A stretch of DNA of 64,000 nt. It comes from Paraglomus brasilianum. Lineage: Eukaryota. The stretch is from NCBI GenBank assembly GCA_910592345.1, contig CAJVPI010000039.1:1-64000 (forward strand), in the 5' to 3' direction. The position numbers and the translations under genes are program-made. Below the pieces are notes generated by a model that worked only from the letters and a program-made list of their open reading frames with translations, did not search any database and had not been told where the DNA came from. Positions 41,647 to 53,835 of the stretch are shown here, piece by piece. Numbering within the stretch: the stretch's first letter is position 1; the number at the start of each line of letters is the position of its first letter.

Positions 41647-42912
41647 ATGGCATATGATACAAGTGCTCAAAATTTCTTCTCCGTTCCAAGTTTTGTTGTG
41701 GCAGCACAGCTGGCGAGGGACGGAGAACAAGTCCAAAACACTGTCGCTTCTATTCGAGAGCGACATTTTGATGCGCTGGTCGCATCGAGTAGTATTGTTT
41801 TATTTGCTTGGCTAACCGGTATTATTCCTGCGGGTCAGGGATATTACCAACCTTTTATTTTTATTCTTTTATTTATCTCTTTCATTATAGGTCTTCATTC
41901 AGCATACTGTGACTGGCAGACGAGCCGTCACTTTAATGAAAGACGCCAAGCATATTCGAGGCGTCTCAAAGACTACCAGCGGTGGCGAGACCTGCCGAGG
42001 TGGGACGAAACAAGAAGGTTTTCGCGATGGCATTTGTATTGCCAACGGATGCGTCAGGAGGAAAGGGAGAACCGAAGGCAGGTAACTATTCAGTGGATAA
42101 CGCAGCGTGAGGAGCATATCGCTCCTCGAGCTTTCTATCAAAGAGAGCAAAGGCTAGAACTTAGCCTCAGGGGGTTCAACAGGGTATTGAACCGCCCGGC
42201 GGACTACGTTTCCGCAACGCTGCAAAGACGCCCTCACTCTATCCCACCGTGGGCTTTGAGGGCGACTAACTCCATGAATAGAATATTCTCTAGAAACCTG
42301 CCTGCTTCGGTACCTCAGGAACCTTATAATCCTGAACAAAGTAAAATAAACGGAAATAAAGACATTGAATTAGTTATTCGTATTTTTTTACTCGACTAAA
42401 TGTCTTTTTCTTCTTAAATAGGGATGTCCCCTTTTCTCCCACCCTTGGTCGACTACCCACCTAGACGACCAGGGCGAAGAAGAGCTGTGGTGCAGGGAAA
42501 CCCAGGTAAAATAAATGAAATCAAATGTTTTTTATACTTATTCATAAGGCGTTCCGGCTAAAGTAATTTTTTCTGTTCTTAAATAGCATCTCCACCACAA
42601 TCGCCAGACTCCTCGATCCAGCAAGCGATCGATACGAGGAGCCAGTAAGTTTTATTCAGCAATGCCATCTACCACAAGTTTGGTAAGATATTAATTATAT
42701 TTGCTTTAAAGGGAAATTGTGGTGCAGCCACCTCAGCCAAGACGCAACCCACCTCGAGCCGCAAGACCACAGACCTCTAATAGAAGGCAGTAAGTTTTTG
42801 TGTAAAATATCATGATTATAAGTTAGATATTTAATTATATTTGCTTTATAGGGTCGATACAGCGCCTCCGCAACCACGACGAAACCCGCCTCGAGCTGCA
42901 AGACCGCGGTAA
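41647..42912 (+). CDS. Unknown protein with two predicted TM helices and an Arg/Pro-rich tail (exons 41647-42340, 42422-42505, 42587-42644, 42712-42789, 42852-42912)
   Basis: Long first exon with two hydrophobic segments. Four GT-AG introns, all phase-consistent, ending at TAA 42910-42912. Confidence 0.7.
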
Positions 42913-43536
42913 ATCAACCGCGAGGCTCGTAACAGCAATCGGTATATTATTATGAAATAAAATAAAATGATTTACATTTGTTCTAAAAACATGAATTTTA
43001 CCCCTTGTATTTTATCGAGTTTTGAGTGAATAATAAATAAAGATTTATGTTCGACTTTGTACAACATAGAATTATGTAAAGGTAGTGATTGAGAACGCTG
43101 AAACGTCGATTTTCCCCTTTGCGAGTCCTTGGATGCGGTACTATGCTGGCTCCATTTAATATTCTAGTAAATTTTAGGCGAGTCGGGTTCAGCCATCAAA
43201 ACGTGTCTTATTGTATGTATATATAATTTCCAGAAATAAACCCAATCTAAGATGGGATTAATTCTTTGTCTACTGCAATAGTATTTTAATTATAATAATG
43301 CGTCTACATAACAGTTAACTATCATAATTTGCCACTCGAATAAGAGGCGATTATTCTTCATCGATATATAGAATCACCAGCAATGTATTTCAGAGTATAA
43401 AGAACTACTCGTTTATTTACAATAAAGGAATCGAAAGTAACTTAGAACATTCTAAACATGCACATATCTTCAATCTAACTTATATATCTTTCGAGCAGAC
43501 TAATTTCTCTATTTTAGCTGCTATTGCTTATTATTC

Positions 43537-44717
43537 TCAGTATACGTTGTTACTTTCCAAAGAGATTTTATGAAAAAAGACCCGATTTGGGATCTTCCTT
43601 CTTCCATTGTTCGCTCGCGATGTTTGTCTCGTTGACCTTGGGTCTTCCTTCTTCCACCGTTTGCTCGCAATGTTTGAAGTCAAACTGATCCAAGGTCTCG
43701 TTGACCCTGTTGCATTTATCTTTTCAGAGATGTAACGAATTGACCTTGGGTCTTCCTTCTTCCATCGATTGCTCGCAATGTTTGAAGTCAAACTGATCCA
43801 AGGTCTCGTTGACCCTGTTGCATTCATCTTTTCAGAGATGTAACTAATTGACCTTGGGTCTTCCTTCTTCCATCGTTTGCTCGCAATGTTTGAAGTCAAA
43901 CTGATCCAAGGTCTCGTTGACCCTGTTGCATTCATCTTTTCAGAGATGTACCTAACAAGTTACAACGCCATTTTGTCGGCGTTATTATGACAGCCGGTTC
44001 TCCGCCTGGAAGTTAACATTCACTATTCTTGACCTAGTGAACTACAGCTGCTTGCTGATGATGGTTGTTGATACGACGTAGTCGCAATTGATCTAGATCC
44101 GCGATAAATCCTATTGTCCACCACTTTAATGTCTTTATTAACGTCAGCACCTCCTTTTCAACGACTGTTGTAAATAATGTGAATGCCAAATGTTCATGTT
44201 GGTGTTGATGGAGCTGCCGACAGTTTAAATATGTCTGCCCTGCAATCAAGGAAGAATAAGGTTAGACGTTCGTTGAGATAATACGTGTCATTGAAGTTAA
44301 GTAATTGAAGGACTAATCGGCAATACTAATACGCTTTAAAAATTTATAAAATATATGTAAGCCGCTATCGCAACTAGAATAATGCCTACGGAATTTAATC
44401 TCCCTATATATTGCTGCGGCATATAAGGGTCATTATGCTAATAAGCGTATAGTAATAAAGTTACAATCATAATATATACAAGCCAACTTACCAGGAAGCA
44501 CTATGAGAACATAAAATGTATAATCTGTCAGCTCACTTTTAGTAAAAGAATTACTGACATTTGCCCGAGGGTTTAAAATCACAAGTCCTTCGAGGGGTAT
44601 AAACTTGCCACCCTTTGGATTAAAAACTTTATAGAGGACGAGGTCTTTGGGGGGAGAGGTTATGCGGAGCTCTTCAGCGATTTTCCTTGACTTCATGCTG
44701 CTAGCAATTTTCGCCAT
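43537..44717 (-). pseudogene. Possible degenerate HMG-box-like gene divergent from the PPR gene
   Basis: MAKIASS exon with a GTGAGC donor, a 9-nt micro-exon candidate, a strong branch/acceptor near 44240, and the repeated SNIASKRWKKED (HMG helix 2/3-like). No complete frame could be built. Confidence 0.3.
43588..43950. repeat. 108-bp tandem repeat, 3 near-identical copies plus a partial copy
   Basis: Units start at 43633, 43741 and 43849. One minus-strand frame is open across all copies (36-aa unit YISEKMNATGSTRPWISLTSNIASKRWKKEDPRSIS). Confidence 0.95.
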
Positions 44718-44844
44718 AGACGACACAGTCAAAGCGTTTGGATAAAAATACTTGGCCTGTCGACCCGACTCATATTGTGACATCAGCCAATCAAAATTTT
44801 ATGTGAATTACGCATATTCGCGTCATCTAGTTTGCTGTCCCCAT

Positions 44845-46643
44845 ATGAGTTACCTACGTTCATCGTTACGTGGTATAAAGATACCGGGATACGTACAGCA
44901 TGCACGCTACTGCTTTGTCTCGCAATACCGCCGTGGAGCTCACAGCTTCAACTCGGGCTCACAACTAGATTCCGTAAATGGCACGCAAGGACAACCTCCA
45001 ATAAGTGAAAAATGGGCTCGACCACCAAATCTCAATACTAGGAAGAAACCTCGCATTGATCTCTTAGCCTCGGATGATCCTGTTCGCAATGCTCAGAGAA
45101 TAGAAATACTTGCAGAAGGAAATTTGTTAGAAGACGCTATAAAGTTTGTGAAAGACACTCCACCAAGTAAACTATCTGTACCCGTTTGGAATACTTTAAT
45201 AAAAGAATTATGTAAGAGAAAAAGAATAAGGAAAGCGTACAAAATGTACACCGAGGTATAAATCTGGATAATTGCCGGTTATGGTTGTATCCGCGAGCAT
45301 TTGTTACTGTCGTGGTCATTGTCATTCGTAGTAACCTTATTTTAAGGGCTGGTGAATGATATCAATTTTATTGACTTTACGACGATTATATCTTTTTATT
45401 CTAATAGATGAAACGTCGTGGATTCCAACCTAATGCATACACATTTACGACATTATTAAATGGGATGGCTGAGGGCAATATCACAGACAACAGCATCAAC
45501 CACGCAAAGGCTCTTGTAGAGTCAATGGATCTATCCAGCGAAGTAAAAGTTAACCCGATTCATGGCAATGCACTACTCAAAGTATGTTCGCGTGCGAATG
45601 ACGTGCAATCTCTCAAACAAACTTATGACACATTTTTTCAACGGGGAAAATTAGTTCCTAATAACGAGACATATACAACCATAATTAATTCATGCGCGCG
45701 TCATGAGCGTGAGGGATTCGAATTTGCTTGGAAGCTCTGGGAAGAGATCTTGGATGTGGTTGCCGAGCAGAAAAATAAGACAAACGATGGATATAAGTAT
45801 TCAACGTCAAGATATGATAGTAATCATAACAAAAGTGAACTCATTGTCGACGATTTATTGGTATGTGCTATGATCCACGCGTGCAAGAACGCTGATGAGA
45901 TTGAGAAAGGTCTTCGGATTGTCAGACAAGCTTATGGAATTGGAGATAATTCAGTTGAGCAGATATTTCATCTTCAAATGTCAACGAAATCCCTTGATGG
46001 TGCGCTCGGCCTGTGTATTCGCAGTAGAGCGCATCAACTAGGCGTAGAAATATTTGATAAGGCTATTACAAAATTTCCAGAAATGAAAATCGATATCTAC
46101 AATTTCAACAGTCTCATGAAGATTTATATCGAAGCGAACAAGTGTCGAAACGCAATAGATGTGATGTCTACCATTCGTGCACGAAACTTGGTTCCCGTTC
46201 GTGCTACTTATGACTTGGCACTAACAGCTTGTAGAATTCTTGATGAATGGGGTACTGGAAAAGAGTTTTTTGAGGAATTAAGAGCACAGCAGATAACACC
46301 CGATGAACATATGTTAAATATGATTCTTGACTTGGCCAATAGCAATAAACTTGGAGACGCAAGAAGGGTCTTCTGGTTGTTAGATCAGATTGAAGTGTTA
46401 TTTAATGAAACGGATCCTGAGCTGAAGAATGTTAACTTTGTAAAGTCGCTTTTAAAGGCCTACGAGATTGCATCAGAACATAGTAGGAAAGCACCGGAAT
46501 TTGAAAGATGGAATAAGAGAAGGATTTATCTTAAACAACATCTACAGCAACTTTTACCTGAGACAAATACAGAGTATGATTCACGTAAGCGTTATTCAAA
46601 CAAAGAATGGCGATATAATAAAGTCTCTGAAAAATTTCGGTAA
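44845..46643 (+). CDS. Mitochondrial pentatricopeptide repeat (PPR) protein (exons 44845-45255, 45408-46643)
   Basis: PPR motifs VPVWNTLIKELCK..RIRKAYKMYTE|MKRRGFQPNAYTFTTLLNG, PNNETYTTIINSCA, IYNFNSLM. Arg/Ser-rich presequence-like N-terminus. Confidence 0.92.
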
Positions 46644-47620
46644 ACATTACGTTTTGGTTCCTCAAAAAATATAACGACAAAACATTTATAGTATTAGGCC
46701 TATACTCGGTTTTTTATGATCTAATTTCTATGATTTCTTTTTCTTGTCAATTAACTTGTCTATCGTGATTTGAAAGGTATCTGGTACCTTGTGAAGCGAA
46801 TCGGTGATCCTGTTTGATGGCGTTGTTCTTCCCTCGGATTACTGTGTTTTAGAAGTTATGTATTTTTTCTGGGTGGGAGAATACTATTATTTTTCGCGTA
46901 AAGACCATTCAGTAGTTGTACAATTTATCTTCGAGTGTTCTATTCAATAATTTAATTGCGCGCTAACTTCGAAGTAATTCTATACTCTATCCAAGTATGG
47001 TTGACAATTAATAACCGTTGGACTTTAATCTTCGATTTGGTATTGACATTTCATTCATGGCACATATCTTAAACTCAGTCTCTTGTTTCTTATAAACCAG
47101 CCATGCTTTGTTCTGTTTTCAAGAGGATAAAAAATTATCGTGAGCATATACATCAACAACTGCCCAACACTGAGAAAACACATGGGTGCCTTGTATAGTA
47201 TTGACCAGCCGATAATAACAAAGGCTAGGTAGTGCTGACAACATAAGACAGAACTTTGCCAGCCTTGAATGGATGCCATTCTACCCTTTCAGCCATGTGC
47301 CCATATTTTTGTTCAATCATGTTCTGTAGACATAATTATGGGGTTGTGTTTGTATGCTGGGCAAAGTTTTCGTAGTCCAGGATGATCAAGCTCTTTCATT
47401 TATTGCTTTTGTATTATTCTGGAAGCATGACTCGCCAGCAACTCATTTATATCACGTTTCTTTCGCCAATGACAGTATAAGCCATATCTTTTCGTGATTT
47501 CTGGGAAAAAAGTTTCTCTTTTGGTCTTGCTCCCGACACATATGATGCATATTACAGATAAAATATTTCATCGAACGTTTCTCCGCATACCATCCGCTTT
47601 TAGAAATATGTATGATATAA

Positions 47621-47981
47621 CCCTCCAGGAGTGACACAAAGTTTTAATAGTAAAACATATAAAAAGTCTTTCTTTTTAAAAATCTCTTCTGCTCTTGTGT
47701 ACTGTGTGAAGTGCAATAATTTTTGTATGGTTCAGAAACTAATTGATTATGCTTTCAAAAAAAAATAACAATAAAATTTTATAAATTATTGCTATAAGTT
47801 AATAGCTCGACGAAGTGTGAGTATACGTCTATACATATATAATCATATGTTTTTATATCAGAACTATACAAAAATTATAGCACTTCACATAGTACACAAG
47901 GGCAGGAGAGATTTTTAAAAACAAAGACTTTTTATATGTTTACTATTAAAATTTTGTGTCACTCCCTCATTTATTGGAGGG
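47621..47981. mobile_element. Non-autonomous foldback/MITE-like element with ~105-bp inverted arms
   Basis: 47628-~47733 (ggagtgacacaaagttttaatagt...gtatggttc) matches the reverse complement of ~47860-47965 with scattered mismatches. Outer ccctcca/tggaggg ends. Confidence 0.85.
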
Positions 47982-48146
47982 GGTCTTTGTGGGAAGGGTT
48001 TTGTTTCACCCAGGTTAGGGACAGACAAGACAGTCGCCTTCCATTCAATGTCCTTGCAGACTTGATATTGATGTATCATAATGATTCATGTCCAAGAAAA
48101 AAAACAGTCATCGAAATAGAGGTATAAGTTACGTCATACCAGTATA

Positions 48147-49223
48147 CAGTGTGTTAAGAAAAAAACGGCGGGTCAATAAAAGATGCGTTTTTTTGTAATA
48201 CATAAAGAAATACGCGTTATTCAGTATTATAGATAATTTGCAGCTGACTTTTATTAACGAGAGTGAAAAAAATTAACATCTTTTATCATACGATCAATTC
48301 ATATCCAAATTCTTTTGTTTATACTTTCTAAAGATGGTTAACGCGAAGCTCGAAGCCCAAAGACAATATTACTGGCTCAACGGTACCAATTCAGCCAAAG
48401 AAATACACGAAATAACAAACATTCTGCATATGCAACACCCGCAAAAAGAAATAAATAAATGGATGTTCGAATTTGGGTATTTTGTTATGAATACGAAGGG
48501 CAGAAGTACTGAATCATGGGGTGATTTAGCTGACTCCAAAAGGGGATATACAGCTTATTAAGCTTATAATAGGCACAATTATTGTACTGTTGAGCGTAAT
48601 CTCAAAAAACTTAGAGCAACAGGTACCGTTGAGTACAAACCATATCTCGCCATAATAGTGTTCTTTCGACCCGTCAACTTGCTGCAAAAATAGAAAATAT
48701 GCAGAATACGCGTATATCAATTTCGCACGTTACTCTATGGGATTACATGAAGTATAAAAGTTCTGTGCCTTTAGCAATACCGATGCTCACCGAACGGCAT
48801 AGAAAGGCTTGCATACGAATGACAATTGGAACGGACAATATTTACGGCACAAAACTGGTGATAGACCCATTCAGAAGGTAATCGAATGGGAAAAACTCTT
48901 TTGTTTCACGAATATTATGAATGGTTGAATAGTAATAGTTGGCGTTTGCAATTCATGAAAAATAGCAAATGCCACAAAATGCAGACGAGTTAAGGTTGAG
49001 GAATGGGACGCAATTCCTCAGGGGATAGTTAATAATTTAGTCTCTTCCATGCAAAGCAGATTAAGATGTATTTTATTGCATCACGGCAATAGAATCTCAT
49101 ACTGAAAATTTACTATTAAATAAGGTACCTAATGAACTTTCAAATCAACCAAAATTTAATTTAAATTCGTAATTGTTGAGATATACAGTTTTTTGTCACC
49201 GCCGTTTTTTTCTTAACACACTG
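48147..49223 (+). mobile_element. Tc1/mariner (IS630-Tc1) element with decayed transposase
   Basis: Perfect 25-bp TIRs (CAGTGTGTTAAGAAAAAAACGGCGG at 48147; complement ending at 49223), TA on both flanks. Broken ORF YYWLNGTNSAKEIH ... ISHVTLW..MKYKSSVP.AIPMLTERH. Confidence 0.92.
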
Positions 49224-49364
49224 TATTAGTATGTTCATATTATGATTAATTGGAATCTATACCAAGTAAAAAAATCTCTCAATCTAGAGGATAGTAAAAA
49301 ATAAAGGTAAAATTTGAATAGTGATTTCCCTAAAAATGGGGTCCAGGATTTTCAACTACTACTA

Positions 49365-51586
49365 TTAGCATCTCCATCGAATGGGAATCCATTCTCCATT
49401 CTCTTCGGTGATGTTATTATTATCTTCTTCAACATTATGTACACCAAAATCCAATACTTCGAAGAATGTGACTTTGTTTCGTTGTACAGCTGCCACACAC
49501 CTGCGTTCATCGAATCTCACTTGCCTGTAAGAAAAATAAATTTATTCCCGTTTAATAACGACACATCACTTTAGATTGTTATCAACATATTGGCACCCAT
49601 TTTGTATCCAGCATAAAAATTCTTAACCTATGTGATGAGAACAATCATAGGTCTCCCTTAGATAACAGAATACATACCAAGTTCCACTGAGCCCAGTCAA
49701 TAGGTCACGAACGAATTTCCCTGTCTTCATGTCCCACATTTTTAATGTACCGTCAGACCCAGATATGACCTTGTGCTCGTCATGCTGAAAGCAAGTGATT
49801 GCACCAGTATGTGTAGTTAACACGTGTTTGCAAGTGCCATCATTCGGATTCCAAATGCGCAGACTAGAGTCTGCCGCTGCCGAGACGAGATAATCATGTG
49901 AAAAATCAAGAAGGCCGACAAGAGATGAGTGACCTTTTTACGTATAGAATCATAAATTGGGAAATTCAAACGAATTAAAGTTAGAAAACATATGAATAAA
50001 CTTAACAGTCCATGAATAAACGAAAGTAGATGACAAACCTTCCAAAGACCAAACACAAGTTCCGTCTTCCAAACTCCATACTTTCACTATGCCATCCATA
50101 CTGCCGCTCATGCACCTATTCCTTTTTGCATCCAATACTACCGAATACACCTTCTGCGTATGACCAGTAAGTTTCCATAAACACTCTCCAGTCATAATAT
50201 TCCACACTCGCACGCTGCAGTCATAACTCCCGCTAACCAAAGTATTTCCTACTCCAGCCAGAGTACGAACAGAGTGCGTGTGTCCTTGAATTGTACGAAT
50301 AAAATATGGACTGTCCTGAAGTGACACGCTATCAGAAGGAGATGATGGATTGGATGGTGCGAACGGGGTATCATTAGTGGTATCGGGTAGACGCCAGACA
50401 CGAAGTGTGGAGTCGCGAGAGCCAGTGACTATTAGAGGAATGGGAGGTTCGACTATACTAGAATCGCTCGTAGCCTGGGGCATGATTATTTGTAAACATC
50501 TTACAGTACCAGTATGTCCGGAGAATGCATGAGTGCATACCCCACGCTTGATATCCCAAACGCGTACTGTTCGGTCCGTTGACCCTGAAACCAAAGTATT
50601 ACCAACATACTGTAATGCCCAGACACCGCCGCCATGCCCTTCAAGACGGTTTATTAATTTTCCAGTGGCTGTTTCATAGACATTAATACATTGATCATCT
50701 GATCCAGAGACTATCTTTTCAGAATCGAACTGTAAACAAGTGACCACGTTGCTGCCGTGACCAGGAAACGAAATATGTTTGTATCTACCATCGCGCCAGT
50801 TCTGTCTGATTAAGTCAGATGGCTCGACTGGGAGTTTCGAAGAAGCTGTATCAAGAGAAATGCTACGTGATTGCTTAGTCGATGTTGGAAGAGTAGATAT
50901 GGATGATTGGGATATTATATCAACATCGCTGTCATCGTTTTCATCTTCAGCCCATGTCGGAAGAGTAGATATGGATGATTGGGATATTATATCAACATCG
51001 CTGTCATCATTTCCATCTTCAGTCGACTTCATATGGACTTTGACCCAGCCAACGTCAGACTTTTCTTTATGGGAAAGTGTTGCTGATAAGGCAAATGAGA
51101 AAGCATCAGTTAGTCAATGTCACAAACTGTATATCACGCATACCCTCAGACAAGTAGACAAACCTACCGGTGGAAGACTTCTCTATAAGAAATAACATTC
51201 AACGAATGACAAAGAACATGTTATTGAATTGTCTCTGGTTCACTATGTGCTATTCACAATGTTCTACTCTACGCTCTCAGCACATGTTGCAACAGCATTC
51301 GAACTATTCTTCCTCCGTTGCTCCTACTCTATTTAAACCAACATAGTGTATCTTTTTAATTTGCCCTCGTTTCTATCCAGTTCATCTTTGAAACGAAGCA
51401 TAATCAACTTGTATGCTATGACTTCTATTGCAATAACATCGATAGCTTTCTACCTATCCTTCAAAAAAAACGTGCGTTGTTACCTTGCTTTGATGTTTTG
51501 TACGCATCGTAAACTTCTTCTTTAGTGGCTTCAGGATGTTCTCTCCCATATTGAAGAGCAAATTCAAGCATATCCATGTGTGTCAT
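49365..51586 (-). CDS. Cdc4/Fbw7-like WD40 propeller protein with no recognisable F-box (exons ~51586-51484, 51182-51168, 51082-50039, 49933-49678, ~49524-49365)
   Basis: IRQNW..G, GHGSNVVTCLQFD, GGVWAL, GSTDRTVRVW, GHTGTVRCL, TGSRD, SVRT, GSYD, KVYSV, SGSMD, SAAAD, SGSDGTLKMWD and EVLDF match the Cdc4 propeller. The two 5' exons were reconstructed through phase-consistent introns and are less certain. Confidence 0.85.
50880..51021. repeat. 72-bp in-frame tandem duplication inside the Cdc4-like gene
   Basis: Encodes EDxNDDSDVDIISQSSISTLPT twice. Confidence 0.9.
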
Positions 51587-51871
51587 GTTATGGGAACGTG
51601 TAGTATGCGTTCTCCGCATCATGGGAAAGGCTAACCATGCCTCAAGTATTTTAATCTATAATGGGAAATTTCTATTGTACGCAGCAAACGCAGCGATGCA
51701 TTTATGGAGGGTCAGCGTTTTATTGGTTTACGTGTCGTGTGAAATAGTATTATCTATGGCCGGTTGCACTCGCTCACATGTTTAGAGTTATGTTGCACCC
51801 AAGATTAAAAACACAAATAATTACACAATCTTCTCTTTACAAATATTCTGCAGACCTTCATCAGTCACCTG

Positions 51872-53493
51872 TCATCTCCGCATTGTCCAGTCGCTGCCTA
51901 ATATTTCTGTCAAACTCTCCGCCACGATATTGTTAAACAGTTCTCCATTGAAAGTCCTTTCCTTACTACGACATTTCCTGCACTTTTCTTGCAAAAGTGT
52001 TCTATATCTTTTTCCCTTTGTTCCTTTTATGAGATTGTATATGGGTTTAAGGAGAATATTGAGAGATGGTTTAAATGGCAGTGATAGGTTGGATTGTTCA
52101 GTTGCATATGCTAATTGGAACAGGAGACGGATGTGAGATGACATTAGCTATGGACACGAATAGGCAGAAAACGAGTACTTACCGAGATATTCACTTATGA
52201 CTGTTGAGAACGGTTTAGGTTGTGTGCCATACAACTCTAATGAAGGAAAATTACCACTTTATTAAAATTTAGGAAAGTGTGTATCATTTATATTCTTCGT
52301 ATTACCTTGCTCAATATCGGAAAGAAACAACGGATCTTTTATGACTAAAAAACCGTAAAATGTACACTTAGTTCACAAGTTTTTAACCGTTTTATATTTC
52401 TTTCTGCTTACCCTTTCTTCCTATCATAACTCCGTCTACATTATTCAAATGCTCGTTAATACTTTCAATGCTATCGATTCCTCCGTTGATGGAGAAATTT
52501 ATGTGAGGAAATTCCTCTGCTATCCGACGAACTCGCGAATAATCCAACGGAGGAATTTGCCGATTCTTCTTTGGAGAAATACCGTTAATCCAACATTTTC
52601 TCGCGTGTATTATAATATGTCTAACTATATCTGTCTTCGACAAAACGGAAATCTGCGTGGCAAAAAGAAGAGTAATGATGGTATACAACAATACTAACAT
52701 AGCCGATGAATCCTCATGATTCGTAATATTGATCACATACAAATCTAGACAAATCTTCATACGAATCTACTTCATCAACACCAGTTCTGCATTTGATTGT
52801 AACAGGAATGTGTACACCTTTCTCTTGGATCGCATAGAGAATTTGAGCAAGCTTTTCCGGTGTCTTCATCAACGTTGCGCCAAAGCAACCACGCTATAAA
52901 AATATACTATAATTTCTTGAACTCTGTATTGCATCTGCAGCTCATGTATATTTTAGTTATACCTGTACTCTTGTACTTGGACATCCTAATAACATCAACC
53001 ACAGATTATTTTTGATAACTCATGCTCGTGACGTCTGTATCTCGATTGGACACTTACCGCAATTGATATTGACTTCCTACCATCCATTCTCTTCGATTAT
53101 TTTCACCGCCATTGCCATAGCTTCTGGCTCCGATCCACCCAATTGAACCACCGCGTCTTTGATTACCGGTCCGATAAAATGGGAAATAGTTGATCTGTGT
53201 TTTATTATTGCATTACAATGAACCATTTCTGTATAAAGTTTCACGTTTTGCGAGAGCAGACGACAGAGGTGAAAAAAGTGCTGGTGAGAAGGATAATGAG
53301 TGAGAATGTGTGTGGAATAGATAAATGCCGACACAATTAGCTTACAAACTTTGTCAGTGACGTCGAGCATCGGAGCCACTGCTATCGGTTTGTCAAGACG
53401 ACTCCTGTTGGCAAAAGTTTTAAAGGTACGAAACATATGTTTGCTACTACTACGGGCATTTAGTTTGCATCTCATCATTGTCAGCGAGTGCAT
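51872..53493 (-). CDS. dusA: DusA-type tRNA dihydrouridine synthase with one in-frame TAG at 53077-53079 (possible pseudogene)
   Basis: VAPMLDVTD, LYTEMV, VVQLGGSEP, EVNINC|GCPSTRVQ|RGCFGATLM, PVTIKCRTGVD, IIHARKCWINGISPKKNRQIPPLDY, SINGGI, DGVMIGR. All introns are phase-consistent. Confidence 0.88.
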
Positions 53494-53835
53494 TCGCTAC
53501 GTTTGCAAAGATCGTAATACCAATCATGCCACAGTCAAAGCCACATGATGTGATAATCGAATTATTTTAAAGAGAAACAATTTATTTATTTGTATTAACT
53601 GTTCTACAGCTGAATTAACAAAGGATATAAATATAAATGATTACTTTAATTTAGCGATTTTAGTAACGGTCTTGAAATTCTAATTCCTAATCGAACAAGA
53701 CATTGTTAAACCTCTATTACTATATCCAAGTTTCACTGTCAAAAGTTTGACATATTAATATCTATTTAGTAGATCAACCAATGACATTGCATAATTCTAT
53801 GGTATATAAAGACACGAAATCTGTTCAATCCCAAC

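Noticed and set aside
43588..43950. CRISPR-like array
   Set aside because: Whole 108-bp units are duplicated with no unique spacers, there are no cas genes, and the context is eukaryotic.
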